A program made the position numbers and the translations under genes. The notes beneath the pieces were generated by a model that ran no database searches, was not told where the DNA came from, and saw only the letters and a program-made list of their open reading frames with translations. A stretch of 64,000 nt of DNA from Polymyxa betae A26-41 (lineage: Eukaryota; Protista; Endomyxa: Phytomyxea), in the NCBI GenBank assembly GCA_003693705.1, contig RBZT01000278.1, positions 1 to 64,000 on the forward strand. The letters are read 5' to 3'. Below, piece after piece: positions 1-12,681 of the stretch (positions within the stretch are counted from its first letter, which is position 1; the number at the start of each line of letters is the position of its first letter).

Positions 1-42
1 GAATGAATATATTAGATAGATTACAAGCCCTTAAATATAGCC

Positions 43-142
43 AGAGTCGGAGAATAGCTCGGACCTCGGAGAGTTTCCGGTTCATCGGAGCATTTTCAAT
101 ATAATGAGCTTTCCGATTCATCGGAGCTTTGTCAATATAGTG
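43..142 (-). mobile_element. Putative terminal fragment of a CACTA/CMC-like (or Transib-like) DNA transposon inserted into the Harbinger ORF
   Basis: The minus strand begins CACTATATTG at 142, exactly where Harbinger homology stops (after LREWACVNIKR). Two ~33-bp imperfect direct repeats (71-103, 106-139) and four TCGGAG motifs resemble subterminal repeats. The other end is outside the window. Confidence 0.4.
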
Positions 143-968
143 CGCTTAATATTGACACACGCCCATTCACGTAGGTGGTATCGCACACCACGATAGGGTG
201 TTAGGCAATTGTGATCCAAGCCATACCCAGCGTCGCCAAGGTAATATTTTCCTTGAGGATAACCAGTCCCTTGGACAGCGCGTCGACAAGAACACCAGCA
301 TCCGAAGCCGATCCTTCCCATCCAGCCAAGACAAAAACAAATTTCAAATCGAATGAGCATGCAGCCAGAACATTCTGGCTGTAATACCCTTTGCGATTCC
401 GAAAAGAATGGGCACATCCCTTCTGGGGCTTTGCTGGAATATGTGTTCAGTCCAAGGCTCCAACACAGTCTTTGAAATAAGGAAAGAATTCATCCTTAAT
501 TTTATCTGGCACAATGCCAATGCCAGGAAGATGAATAGCACCTGGTCCCAATGCGACAATGGCATTGAGAACCTTGTAACAGTTCCTGAATTTCATTAAA
601 AGGCCATATTAATGAATTGCATAGATTTATTACTTATTTATCGTCGAGCCGCTTCGTTGAAAACGTTCTTGACAGTTTCGATTCGTGGCGTTCTGTCCAA
701 TAATGTACAGAAATATACAAAGTTTCTCATCAACAGAAACATATCGGCTGTCTTGGAGAAGCTCCTTGGTCAGCAATACTTCTCGGACTGAGAAATAGGT
801 AGATTTCGTCATCCGAAGGTTCTCTCGAAAACGTCGAGGGTTCCCATTGATCAGCTCTTTGACCCACGCTTGCCGAGTCAAAGAGGACGTGCGACATGGC
901 TCCTTCAATATGAAAGCGGCCGCATACCAGATAACAGCAGTTAAAGCTACGATAACAGATAAATCCAT
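143..968 (-). pseudogene. PIF/Harbinger transposase (HARBI1-like DDE nuclease), inactivated
   Basis: Spliced translation gives RRFRENLRM..FLYIIGQNATNRNCQERFQRSGSTIN, YFKDCVGALD*THIP, FRNRKGYYSQNVLAACSFDLKFVFVLAGWEGSASD and GKYYLGDAGY..LTPYRGVRYHLREW. There is an in-frame TGA at 449-447 replacing G of DGTH, a 1-bp frameshift near 258, and 3' truncation. Confidence 0.9.
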
Positions 969-1002
969 AGAAAAAAATGCAGAAAATTGGATATTTATTT
1001 GC

Positions 1003-1165
1003 GCCACGTTTTGAAAACGGAGCCGAAACGGAGGTCAGACCTCCGTTTTCAAAACCGCCGTTTTGCCCCGTTTTCCGAAAACGGAAACGGAGCTCCATTT
1101 GGTTACCAAACGTCAAAATTGCGCAAAACGGCCGTTTGGAAGTGTTAATACCAAGAGACGCATAA
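1003..1165 (-). mobile_element. Putative 5' terminal/subterminal region of the Harbinger element
   Basis: Dense AAAACGG/CCGTTTT motifs in both orientations. On the minus strand the candidate end reads TGCGTCTCTTGGTA, next to TAA (1163-1165), resembling a PIF-type TIR with a TAA/TTA target site. Confidence 0.5.
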
Positions 1166-1531
1166 AAAACTCTCGCAATCGAGACCGAAGGCGTTTTATA
1201 TCTGCGGATAAAATCGTGTTGTCTTGAGTCGGTCTGAAGTCACAGTCGGGACTCGGGACCGAAGGTTATTTTATAATAAATGAAACTTGCAGGTGTCCGC
1301 CTAACAGCCTTGATGAATTGATTCTAGAAAATAGCTAAACGGCAGCTGAGAGTCAGAACATTCCTGTTGTTATTAAACTATGCAAGAACTCTATATTGAA
1401 TAATAAGAGACTGAGAGAATCTGATATCTCGATCAATAGATCCCAAAACATAATCCATTATGTATTTCCGACCATAAACATTGACGTTGTCAATTGAGCA
1501 TTTTTGTTGCTTTCTTATTGAAATCAAATTG

Positions 1532-2682
1532 TTAATAAGGTGAAGTTTCATGGAAAGCCCGACCTCCTGCACGAAATGTTCCTAAGAACAGCTTCGCTTT
1601 GCTATATATACTTATCGGGGTAATTTCCAATGATTCCAGGTCATTAGAATATTCAGGTACTAGACAATCGTCCATCATTCGATTAACTTCATCTGTGGTC
1701 AATAAAGGGGCCCATGGTGTGATCTCCATCAACTTGGCAACAGCCAAAGCCAGCCATTTCGGTGAATCAATAAAATTATTACGTCTTCTGCTGAGACCCG
1801 CGACCATATCAGCCATATCTCGAGTAGTTAAAACATCTGGCCCTCCAAGATGATACGTCTTCCCAAGTGCTTCAATTCGGTTCAGTGACGACATAATCGC
1901 ATCTGCAACATTTTCAACAAATACAGGTTGGACTTTCTGACGACCATTGTTAATCAATGGAACAAAGGGTAAACTGGCAGATAACTGCACAAATCGGATT
2001 AGAAAACGGTCCTCCCATCCAAATGTCACTGCTGGTCGAATAATGATCGCTTCCGGGAATTCATCTAAGACTAACACAAATCGTTGAATGAATCATAATG
2101 ATCGTTTTTAAGTAATTACCGACCTGCTTCCTCTCCTCTGGCTTTAGATCTTAGAAAAGGTGAAGGTGAATCAATAGAAGCATTAAGTGCAGATAGATGA
2201 ACAAATCGTTTAACTCCAGCGTCTTTGGCAGCCCGAGCTAAAAGAGCAGGACCTGTGACATTAACATCCTCGAAGGAGAAATTTCGAGTCTCATAATGTC
2301 GGCCAATAAGATTAATGACAACATTAGACCGGCTGATCTGTTCATGATTTATCAAACAGTTTTGAAAAGATGTGTAACTAACAGCTTCATCAATGGATGC
2401 TCGATCGCGTAAATGGAAAGGTAAAGCTACAACCTGACCAACATCACCACAGACCCTTAAATGGCGAATTTCCATTCCATCATCTCTAAACGGAACCACA
2501 ACCTTAGTGGAAATGAGAAATGTTATTATGATAATCAGTACAACAAGACACACTTGAGATCCAATTCTGCCCAAACGATCTACAACATATCGTCCCATAA
2601 AGCCAGATGCACCAAATACAGTAGCAGTGACCCCAGATACAGATGACCGACCACCAGGATTAACAAGAAGGCGAGATGTCAT
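1532..2682 (-). CDS. NDUFA9: NADH dehydrogenase (complex I) 39-kDa subunit, SDR-like
   Basis: GGRSSVSGVTATVFGASGFMGRYVV, VINLIGRHYETRNFSFEDVNV, EAIIIRPAVTFGWEDRF, QPVFVENVADAI; about 3 introns. Confidence 0.95.
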
Positions 2683-3245
2683 GATAGGTTAATACAATGT
2701 AATAGGTTCCCTGAATCACTTGATATTATGTATGAGATCTCCTTCAATTTATTTCTCAACTAAGATAGTAAACACATAACAGGTTGCGCTCCTATCTTGT
2801 TTATCCAAAATATTTACAATCGTACTAAGCAGATATTGTTCTATTTCATATTGAAATATTATTCTCAAAACTGTACTACAAATTACCTGATCAGAGAATT
2901 TAAAATTTGGTCAAGGTCAGGCGTTGGTACGATGCTTTATTGCTAGAGCCTAAAGACCGGATTCGCCATCCTTGACAGGAGTAATAAAGTAACTTGAAAT
3001 CACATGATGTTTATTATGGAGAGGATCCATGATTAATGGATGATATAAAGTCAAGTGCCATTATATTGCATATGAGTGATAAATGTGGCAATCTGGACAA
3101 TAACAATATTCATATTATCATAATAATACATGTTTATTGTGTGGTTATTATAGCGCATAATATTTGAGTGTGTTGTGATTGATTCTGCTCTATCAATATC
3201 ATTAGGCATATTATTGGGATATCAGTCACAAGCTTTTTATTAGCA

Positions 3246-4509
3246 ATGTCATCTTCTAGTCTTCTTAGACCATCATCCCATAATCCCACCATCTATATCA
3301 CCGGTTTACAATCCAATGTCACCATTCAACATCTTGCCGACAAATTCGGCACCATTGGTCGTATCAAGACTGACAAGAAGACTGGTGAACCAAAGATATA
3401 TGTTTACAGCGATAAAGCAACCAACGTTCCAAAAGGAGATGGTACAGTGACCTTTGATGATCCTAATGCTGCAACTGCTGCTGTAGATTGGTTTAATGGC
3501 ACCGAATTTATGGGCGGTCAAATCACTGTGTAAATCTGTTTTTATCAGAAATCTCACCACATTCCTCTATATCGTCCTGCCGCTTATTGGGTTTTACATT
3601 CTTTGCGGTTCTTAATGGTCTCATCGTGCAATTAGACAACTTGCCGAGGAGAAAGGATACACTCCCCAGAATAGGAGTGGTGCTGGTGCTGGTCGCAATC
3701 GTCAAGATTATTCAGTCCAATATGGTAAATGCTATTTAAATTCCTTTTTTTTATAAAATTCAATTCATACAGGCGATGCTCGTGCAAATTCACATAACAC
3801 CCGGGATCGCTATGCTGCTGAATCGGATGGTCCTGCCGAATACGAAAAAGGTATTGATACCAGGTAATATTGTTTCCACGATCTCACTTTTTATTCAGGC
3901 TATGATGAAAGGCAATCTCAAGGAAATACTGCAGGAGGATCTCGAGGTGGAAATCGTGGCAATATTTCTGGTGGTGAATGGGATTGCCCTAATTGCAACA
4001 ACATGAACTTCGCCAAAAGAACTGAATGTTTCAAGTGTCATACACCAAAACCTGCATCTGCTGAACAAAACCAATCATTTAATAAGCTTCAAGCGATCCC
4101 TAATTTTGCAAACCCAGGCGATTGGAGTTGTAAAGCTTGCTCCAATATAAATTGGGCCCGACGTAATACTTGCAACCGATGCAACACTCCAAAGCCATCC
4201 GTTGTGGTCGAGAAACGAACTGGTCGAGGTGGCGGTTATAATGAACGAGACGATACTTATGAAAGACCTGATTCAAGTAGTCGTTCGAGCCGCGACTACC
4301 GTTCTTCAGATCGCTCTTACCGACATGAATCGAGTTATGAGCATGCATCAAGAGGTGGTAACTATTCCGATGCTGATTATGGTTATGGATGTCGAGATCG
4401 ATCGGCTCCATATCCATCGCATCTCGATTCTCACAGTAATCGAGGTTCGGGTTACCGCCCAGATTCAGGATATCGTCGTGACCGTTCACGAAGCCCCCGT
4501 CGTTATTAA
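3246..4509 (+). CDS. FET-family (TAF15/FUS/EWS-like) RNA-binding protein: RRM, two RanBP2 zinc fingers, RS/RD-rich tail
   Basis: RRM IYITGL..FGTIGRIKTDKKTGEPKIYVYSDKATNVPKGDGTVTFDDPNAATAAVDWFNG; zinc fingers GEWDCPNCNNMNFAKRTECFKC and GDWSCKACSNINWARRNTCNRC; ends RSRSPRRY. Confidence 0.88.
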
Positions 4510-4717
4510 ATACTTCTAACGGATTCTGTGCAGATAATAAAACCAAATTCGGTCCTATTTGATCGATGTCTGCTCTCTAATGTTTCTATTAGCTTTATTT
4601 TGATATTGTGGTTGTAGTTATATCACAAAATAACGAAATTGACTTGTTTTACAGACGATACTCAACAATTTGATGTTATTAATTGCAATAGGACCACATT
4701 ATTAGACAATGAATAAA

Positions 4718-5853
4718 TTATATTTTAACTGTCATAGAAGTTGGTAAGGCCGCTTTCACGTGTTTCTGAATACTATCTTTAAACATGAACATCAAGGCTG
4801 TAGATAAGACACTCTTAATTATCTGAGTTTGCATTCCCTGAGAGAGAAATCAGTCCTCCATCTACTGAATCAAACACTTCACCTTATAGGCAGCCAAAAT
4901 CCCATTTTTTCGAATAATTTGTAATAGGAGCGTTATAACTCCACCAGCGTGTGAAGACGACTGCATGCGAGTCTTTGCCATGATATAAGGATATGTAATG
5001 AGTGTGGCAAGAGCTTTAGCCCTATAATGGAGCTCTCAATCAGTCAACATGTTGGAAATGAAACTGTATATACATGGCACCAATCACAAATGACTCTGCA
5101 TGGGTTAAAGATTCTCCTGCTTCTGATGGACCTGCATTAGCCCTCTTTCTTCTTAACCACAATGATTTCAGCTTATCAAAGACCATGAATTGGATTGAAG
5201 GGTTTATAGTTAGGACTAATGCAGGAGTAATGCCCTTATACAGAGATCCAGGTCCTTCTTCAACAATTAATGATTTCAGTGTCAGGAGGAAACCCTCAGC
5301 GTGTTTTGCTTTTGAACGAGTCTGCTGAAGCGTTTGTATTACACTAAGAGATGATCACTAGACAGACACGATTTCATGACCTGTAATACCTGATTGGATT
5401 CACAAATATCTGGGTTGTTGCACCTGCTAGGATGCCAACAAGCAGCAGATCTAAAGCAGAAGCCGGCTGAGATTCCTTTGAGATAACAGTGTTTTTAAAT
5501 AATGAATAACTTGAGAAGTAGATGCTATTTTGAACGAGAACCTAGAAGATTATTAAGTGAACAATAGATTAAATGCAAGATGTACCTTGACATATTCACT
5601 TGTAATGCCCACGAATAACCCAGAGATACCTTGCTGTTTAGCTATGTCCCTAGAAGAGATAAATAGATTACTTGAAGAGATGGAGCCAAACATACAGAAG
5701 CATTAAAGGAACAGATTGCTGACCGGAGCTGTCATCTGCCTGGAGTCGAGTCTTGACCAGATCTAATGGATAAGTGAGAGTAGATGCAATAAGACCAGCA
5801 GATACACCCGAGATGGTCTCTTGAGCCAGTTGCAACATAGACTGCTGATTCAT
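4718..5853 (-). CDS. Mitochondrial carrier family protein, peroxisomal adenine nucleotide carrier-like (SLC25A17/PNC/Ant1 group)
   Basis: Carrier signatures TYPLDLVKTRLQ, NPSIQFMVFDKL and ATLITYPYIMAKTRMQ; ends GMQTQIIKSVLSTALMFMFKD..KI* (TAA 4720-4718). Confidence 0.85.
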
Positions 5854-5948
5854 AACACTAATGAATGTGACAGGTCTATCATTATATTATGGCACTGCCT
5901 GTTTCTACTCTACAATACATCATCTAACTTGTTATAAAATCATTCGAT

Positions 5949-8900
5949 TTATCCAAGCTCTGGATCTATAATGATCTCACCGAGTTTGATCCATGAATTA
6001 GAAGGGTTTCGGTACCCGTCAATTTTGATCAGCACATGATAGTTCCCTGCTCTGTACATTAAAACAGGAACTCTATAAAGACCAGAATTGTCGTCTTCAA
6101 CGACGTCAGTTAAATTATGCATTGTCGCCCGATGTGATATGGCTAGAAGAAAATTGGCAGGTTTTCTGGCAAAAATCGGCATGCCACATGTGTCTCTTGA
6201 ATCAAGAGTAAAATATCCTTTCACTCCAATTGACGACACAGTCTTGCCATCTTCTACAACTCTCATTCGTAACAGATCTGATTGTGGCTGCAGTATTTTC
6301 ATCTTCCTGATTATTTGCCGGCTTTGTTTAATTAAACCTGAACTTGCAGTGATTCCTATCCCTAGCTAGATATCAGTAGAAATCATGGGAACAACAGATA
6401 TACATACATGCTTTTTCATCTGGCATCCACAACCTCTTCAAATCATATAAAATCACCAACGCATGCAACTTGTCAATGAACAAATCAAATCGTTGTTCCA
6501 GATGCGAATAGATAAGTCTAGCAGAATGATATTTCCTATTACTGATTAGCATTTCTTGACTTGCTAACAAAAGCGAACCATACCCATCATCAAAATTCAC
6601 TCGAGTTCTGAATGTCTGAGTAAATTTTGTGCCATTTACATAAACACGAATAGAATCTTTTAGGTCATTGTTTAAAACAAAGGATAACTCAGGAGTATCT
6701 TTTCCCAACTCTAAAACAAATATCCTTGAGCAAGTCAAATTCAAGAGATTTAGCTGTACTTATTCCCCATTTCGAACGTGATCTTGCCAAAGCTCCCTCG
6801 CCTTGAATTACAATTGCGATCCCATGTCCTTTTCCCATAGATAGCTGCTCCATTCGAAAAATTGTTTCAAAAGCCCACGATGTGAGCACCGGTATTGGCT
6901 CGTTCCAAAATATTGAAGAGCGCTGACTGCCCCCATTTGTTAGTTCTACAGCCGAGTTAGCATAATAAAGGACGTGAATACCATGATAATATGCACCTAG
7001 AACGCTCCCGTTTAAGGATATTGTCGCATCTCCATTGATAACGAACGGAAATCTTTGTACATCCTTTGTAATAAAGCTTCTAATTGTGAAGTCTTTCATA
7101 AGCCTTAGTCTCGGATAACAAGACTTCTCTGTCAAGCAATCATGTGAAGAAATTGCAGGATAATTCCTTAGAGCAAACCTAAGAGCGATATCAACTAAGT
7201 ATTTGGAAACTCTCAATACTCCTCAAATTACTCTTGTGTATAAAGTAGAGGTTCGTGGTTTGCTGCTCTTATTTCTACGTCAACCTTGGTGTTTTCTAAA
7301 TGCAGGCATCTATGCAAGACATGAGAAAATGACATTTACTGTGGCATTTTTCCAACAGTCGTTGGTGAAGAATTTGTTCATCGATAAAGCGCTCCGCTAC
7401 ATCGAGAAACCCTGCTCTGTTAGCCAAAAAATTGACATTGACACTATATCAATATGTGAATCAACTTGTCCTTGTTCTTCAGTTCAAGATACTTACCCTA
7501 CAGTTGTATTTGGTGGTAATTCCCATCTGTTGGAGTCACTAACTGTAGCTATCAAGACTTTGGGATCTGGACTTAGATATTTCAAAGGAACCAAAAATGG
7601 ACCAGGAACACCATCTGAATCGGTGAAGTATGATTCCGATTCTAATTTAAATTAGCCGAGCAAGTGGTCAATTGAAGGGGAATTACCCATATGATTAACT
7701 GTCCAGGAAAAGGCCAGTGGGTTTTTTACCTGGAAATATTCTCAGCATAAAGTCGGTTAAGACCTCTGAGAGCAATACCTTAAATTTCAATGGTAAGACA
7801 ATTGTATGCAATCCGACAATATGCAAGATCTGCTTCACCAATCCTTGCAAGTCTATTGACATAGATCTGTGCAAACCGAGATTCAAACCAAACATCACAA
7901 CAATGTTTGAGCGTTAATACTCTAATATTCCGAATTTGGATCGAGGTTGTGCAGTTCTCTCCAGAGGAGGATCTTCGTCGAAAACGGTTAGATTCGTAAT
8001 CCATTTTTGCTGAACATTATAGGCATTGGCAAAATTGACTAAAGTGACGATTAATGAACAGTCTACGTTACAGTAACGTATTCAACTAACCTTCAAGCAG
8101 AAGTGGTAGTGTTGAATTGGTTTGAACAGCCATTAATGCTGCTTCAAATACTTTGTTAACACTGTACATTCTCGGATTAATACATTTAGAGCCTTGACAG
8201 CTGCAAAACAATCATATTTAGATAATGAAATCAATTCAAATGCCAACGCACGTGTCCGGCCCAGCGTCAGGATCGCCTACTATATTCAGTATGAAATTTA
8301 GATCAGATGAAGAATTGTGTAACATATTCAGAGTCGAAGTTAGTTCAGCAAAGAGGATTTCCTTCCAATACATGGCCATGCGAAAATTGCCTAAATGAAT
8401 CTCGATAGGCAGTTTGAGCGGCAGTCTAATACCTAATGAAATAAGCCGATTACATTTACAAAGCATAAAACCACTGAACCTATGTTAAACGATGCCGATG
8501 ACGAATTAGTCTGAACTAATGAGTAGTTGAAGGAATCCTTAGACAATAAAGCGTTGCCATTCGAATTGATATGGTAGTGAATAATACATTGAGAGAAAAT
8601 TCTGGAAAGGAAATTCCCTCCATAACCCATTGTGTGGACGTTGAAAGCCGGCTTGTGACCACTTATAGGACGCCTTTGACTGTCGTAGGCAGAACCTAAC
8701 TGCATTCATGTCGGTGACAAAAACAGATACATGTCTAACTATCCATACAGTTTCAGTATTGAGAATAAGAAACGTCAAATTGAATTTGAAATCGAGTAGT
8801 CCAGGAATAGGTGCTCCATCACTGGGCGTTTCAAGATATAGTTCTGATGTGGACATCTAAGTTACACTCAAAATCAACAAAAAATTGGAAAGAGATTGGT

Positions 8901-11900
8901 GATACCTGCATCATTGGGCCGTTTTCGTAGTCAATGGAAAGAAAGATTGAAGGAAGCTCGAAACTGAGCGGAAACTGAAAACCTGAAAAAGCCTGATGCG
9001 GCCATAAATGCTCAGATCGTGACTAAGACTACAGAAGCCAGTATACCTGAATTCTGGTCTCGAAGACGAAGCCAATTTCTTGAACCAAAGATTTTCGATC
9101 AAACTGGCATAGTGGAAATCTGGTGAAACAAGGAATCGATACATCAGGGGTAATGGTGCCATTGCTGCCGACAGATCCGATTGGATTAATATCAACTGAA
9201 CGTAATATTGGTAGGGTGAAACTGCAATTAAGCATTAGCAACTGAATATATTTGAGACTCGGCATACCTTGAAGTTGCAGCAGATTTTGTGAAAGAGCTA
9301 TTAATACAAGAATGGAAGGGTATCAGTCCTTCAGCATATCTCAGCGGATCAGGTAACAGCTGTAATACAAAGCGATGCTGATCATCGTTGTAAGTATGTT
9401 TGAGCAAACGTGCCAATTCCATCTCTTCGTTCCGGTTTGCAACATAAATTTTGATGTCCACAGCGACGTCTGAATCCTCTTTATAAGAGAGAGTAACAGG
9501 TTTCACCACAACTGAGCCAATATCCAAAAGTTTTCCTTGAATGATGTTTGTGATCACGATTCGCATCGGCTGCAGAAATAATCTTATTGAAGTTTCGAAA
9601 CCGAATGCAGGAACTGTTCCGTACACAGACAAATGAATAGTACTTGAGTTCGAAGTGATGTTCAACTGACAGGCAGGGAGTTTTGGGGCAGAAGCTGGAA
9701 GTGAGATCCTGTATTGTATTTCGCTGAGAATGGTATCAGCAACTGTTGCGGTTTTTGCAGCTCCCGTAATAAGAAGTTGTGATTGGCGAAATAATGATGG
9801 ATCCAGCAATAATGAAGAAGAAATAAACATCAATGGAGCAGATTGTGATTGAAGTACACGCTCTGTTAGCTGTAAGTCGGCAATGACATTCTCTTCATCT
9901 ATGGTTTTCACTAACAAATTCAGTTGAGGAAATGACCTCACGGTCAGCTTGAAATCTGGATAGCGAAATCTGGACAGCAGGGATAATCTAAATTTATCTG
10001 TATAATCTAGGAAACAGAGAGTTAGAAATCTGCTTAGAGGACACCGTTTTGGTATTACCTACTGAAAGAGTATCTATCAATTCAAGCGCGAAAGCAGAAG
10101 GTTTCGACAAAACGTTTGAAGGACTTTTTTGAGTCGATAGATAGAAGCTTGTAACATCACTCAATTTGAAGTCTGCAAACGTTAATTCAAACTCGCGCCT
10201 GTTGTCGTGATTTAGGTCCAAGACGAGTTTTGCCGCAACAATATCGCTATCGCTGATGGCAGCATTGATGAGTTTGACAACATTTCGAGCATGTTCTGAT
10301 TTCACTTGAGCCCTTAATGTTGATGTAGTAATATGACCAAAAAATCCAATCTCAGTTCTATTCCAATCAAGTTCCATAAGAGGTCTCGATCCGGCTAGGA
10401 AAAGTGTAAGACATCCGGCTGGAATTTCGATCGATAGCGGTGCCAATTTGAAGAAAGCATAATTGTTTGCTGGATTCGTGACTGTAAATTCAAGTATGAA
10501 TGGTTCCCCGGGCCTTCCTCCATCCACGTACATTTGTGGTTGTAATCCAAACAGTCCAGAACCGCCAGAGATACCTTGAGGAAGATCAAACACCATACCA
10601 GTAAGCATATTTGATAGAAAACCGGAACTTCGATGTCCTATCACCTACAACAGAAGTAAGCTTCGAACAATTAAAGCTGCTGACTGCTGCCGTTTGTACT
10701 TTTAATGAAGGAATAGCAGCACTCTTGGAAAATGCAAAGTCCTGAATCAATGAGACTAATTGGCTCTCATCGAAGCGATCTAGCAAAATCTCCAATGATA
10801 TTTCTCGAAAGCCATCTGCAAGTACAGATACAGGTAAAGGCGTGACAGTAATTTGCCCAACAGCAGCATCATTAACACCAAGATCAAGTTTCAGTGGTGC
10901 AAGGGAAACATTCAATTCAGCTTTGCTGGAATAGATAACTGACGCACCCAAAAAAATCGACAGCGGATTCTCAGCTGATCGGTATAATGATCGGAATTTG
11001 GCAACAGCAGTCTTCATAGTAAAATTAGGCTCTGCGTCCTTGCCAGTTTTCTTCACAGCAATTGCTTGTTCCTGGTGACGAAGTGTTTGTGTGACAAGGT
11101 CAGCAATATTAATAGTCGTTGGTGGCATCTAAACACAAACGTCAGCTCTGGAAATAAATAAGGGTTATACACATATTACCAGATTAAACACATTCTGAAG
11201 CATACATACAGGCGAAGAATCATCACTGATTCCAGCTATTTGCAAAGTTAAGCCATCGAGTTTTTGCTTCAGGATCCGCTGAGTGATAGAGCGAATCTCC
11301 TTCGCCTGGAACGAATTTCGTACAGTTGGAATCATAAGTGTCGTTGACTGGATTGAAGTTCGGGAATACTGGCCCGAGTCATTGGTGATCAAAGCGATGG
11401 TGTGCCCTCGAGACAAGATAGCAAGCTTCAGCTCCGGTATGGGGAAGGAAATGTTGGCACTCGAAGAAGAATGAACGATATTCCACTTCAAGTTAATCAT
11501 AAGACCTGAACTAGATTGAGTGATATCCTTTCACTTCTAAAACATATTTTACTCTGATTGTCATCGACTGAACTTACGCTTACAGCATCTGTTGAGATCG
11601 TTGTTATTGATGACGTTCCAGGTTGATTCGGATACAATATGCTCTGCTCAGAATTACTTCAGAAGATGTTGTAATGAGCAAAAAGAAAACGTACCTCGCC
11701 ATCAATGGGCAGCTCAATGGGAAACAGAAATATGGGTTGTAAAGACACAACCGCTTGATATTTCATCTCAATGTGTATAGGTTCCTTTGATATCATCTTG
11801 CTGAAAACAAGAGCAGCAAGGTATCGATTTTCAACCAGAACCTCTGTAATCAAATGCACCTTGTTCATACCACTGCGAATTACCGAGCTTCTTTTTTTGC

Positions 11901-12642
11901 CTTTAATGAACTGAGGAGAAGACGCAGTGATGGTGAACATAGGCAATGATGACCTTCAGCGAGTTTAAAAGCCATTGATCATGGATACAATTCGGCAAAC
12001 TAACCCTTGCAAGTATATTGTTATCTTAGCTTTAGACACACCGAGAGATGCTAATGATGGATTATTCAAAAGACCTTCAACATTAAATTGGATCGCATCA
12101 GAGCATAGAGAAGTAGATTGAATTTGTTGCAAGACGAAGGTGGAATTTACCATCTTCTTTAGCTGAAAGGCAACGATGCCGGTATATATTGAAATTCCCA
12201 ATGCTAAAATCAGTAGCACTGCACATGACTGTCGGCGAGTATTTATCAGACGTTTTTCGCGATTCTCTGAAAAGGAGCTTTCAGCTCTGGAATCACAATA
12301 GCCATGTTGGTAACAGATAGAAGATGAATCCGGAACTGGATCACCGACCAAAGATATCGGAGACAGAATTGGATTGGCGTCAGGTATAGGAGGCTTTACA
12401 AGATCCACAGATATATTTGAAACTACATCAACTTCGAGAGATCTGCTAAATAATCCTTCTTCGCGCGTTGATTGAGGAAGGCCGCCATTCAAATCATCCA
12501 AAAATTCCTCTGATTCCATAATGCCACTATTTTCTTGATTTCTATAAGAGTCACCGATTATCTGGAGCTGAGAGTGAGAGCATGAGTCCTGAAATTGACT
12601 GGGGACATGATGACGGTCTTCTCGATGACATGAGTCTGGCAT
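5949..12642 (-). CDS. Giant single-pass membrane protein: tandem LEA_2/Tag1(DUF3712)-like beta modules, L-type lectin-like domain, C-terminal filamin/Ig-like domain
   Basis: Disordered N-terminus, TM CAVLLILALGISIYTGIVAF, and repeated beta-rich modules (FNVEGLLNNPSLASLGVSKAKITIY; ISFPIPELKLAI; LNVSLAPLKLDLGVN). Lectin-like INGDATI..VELTN..SIFWNEPIPV..GIAIVIQ..SLEFD. Filamin-like FTLDSRDTCG..VEDDNSGLYRVPVLMYRAGNYHVLIKIDG. Exons checked join through short GT-AG introns. Start may be at 12519. Confidence 0.6.
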
Positions 12643-12681
12643 TTGAACGTCGAGTGTGTGATAGGAAGGGATAGATGGGGG

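Noticed and set aside
447-449. In-frame TGA in the Harbinger ORF as selenocysteine or a recoded stop
   Set aside because: It replaces a conserved Gly, the same ORF has a frameshift and truncation, and TGA is a normal stop in other genes here.
730-1165. ORFs 730-1116 (-) and 977-1165 (+)
   Set aside because: They arise from the AAAACGG subterminal repeats and an alternative frame of the transposase.
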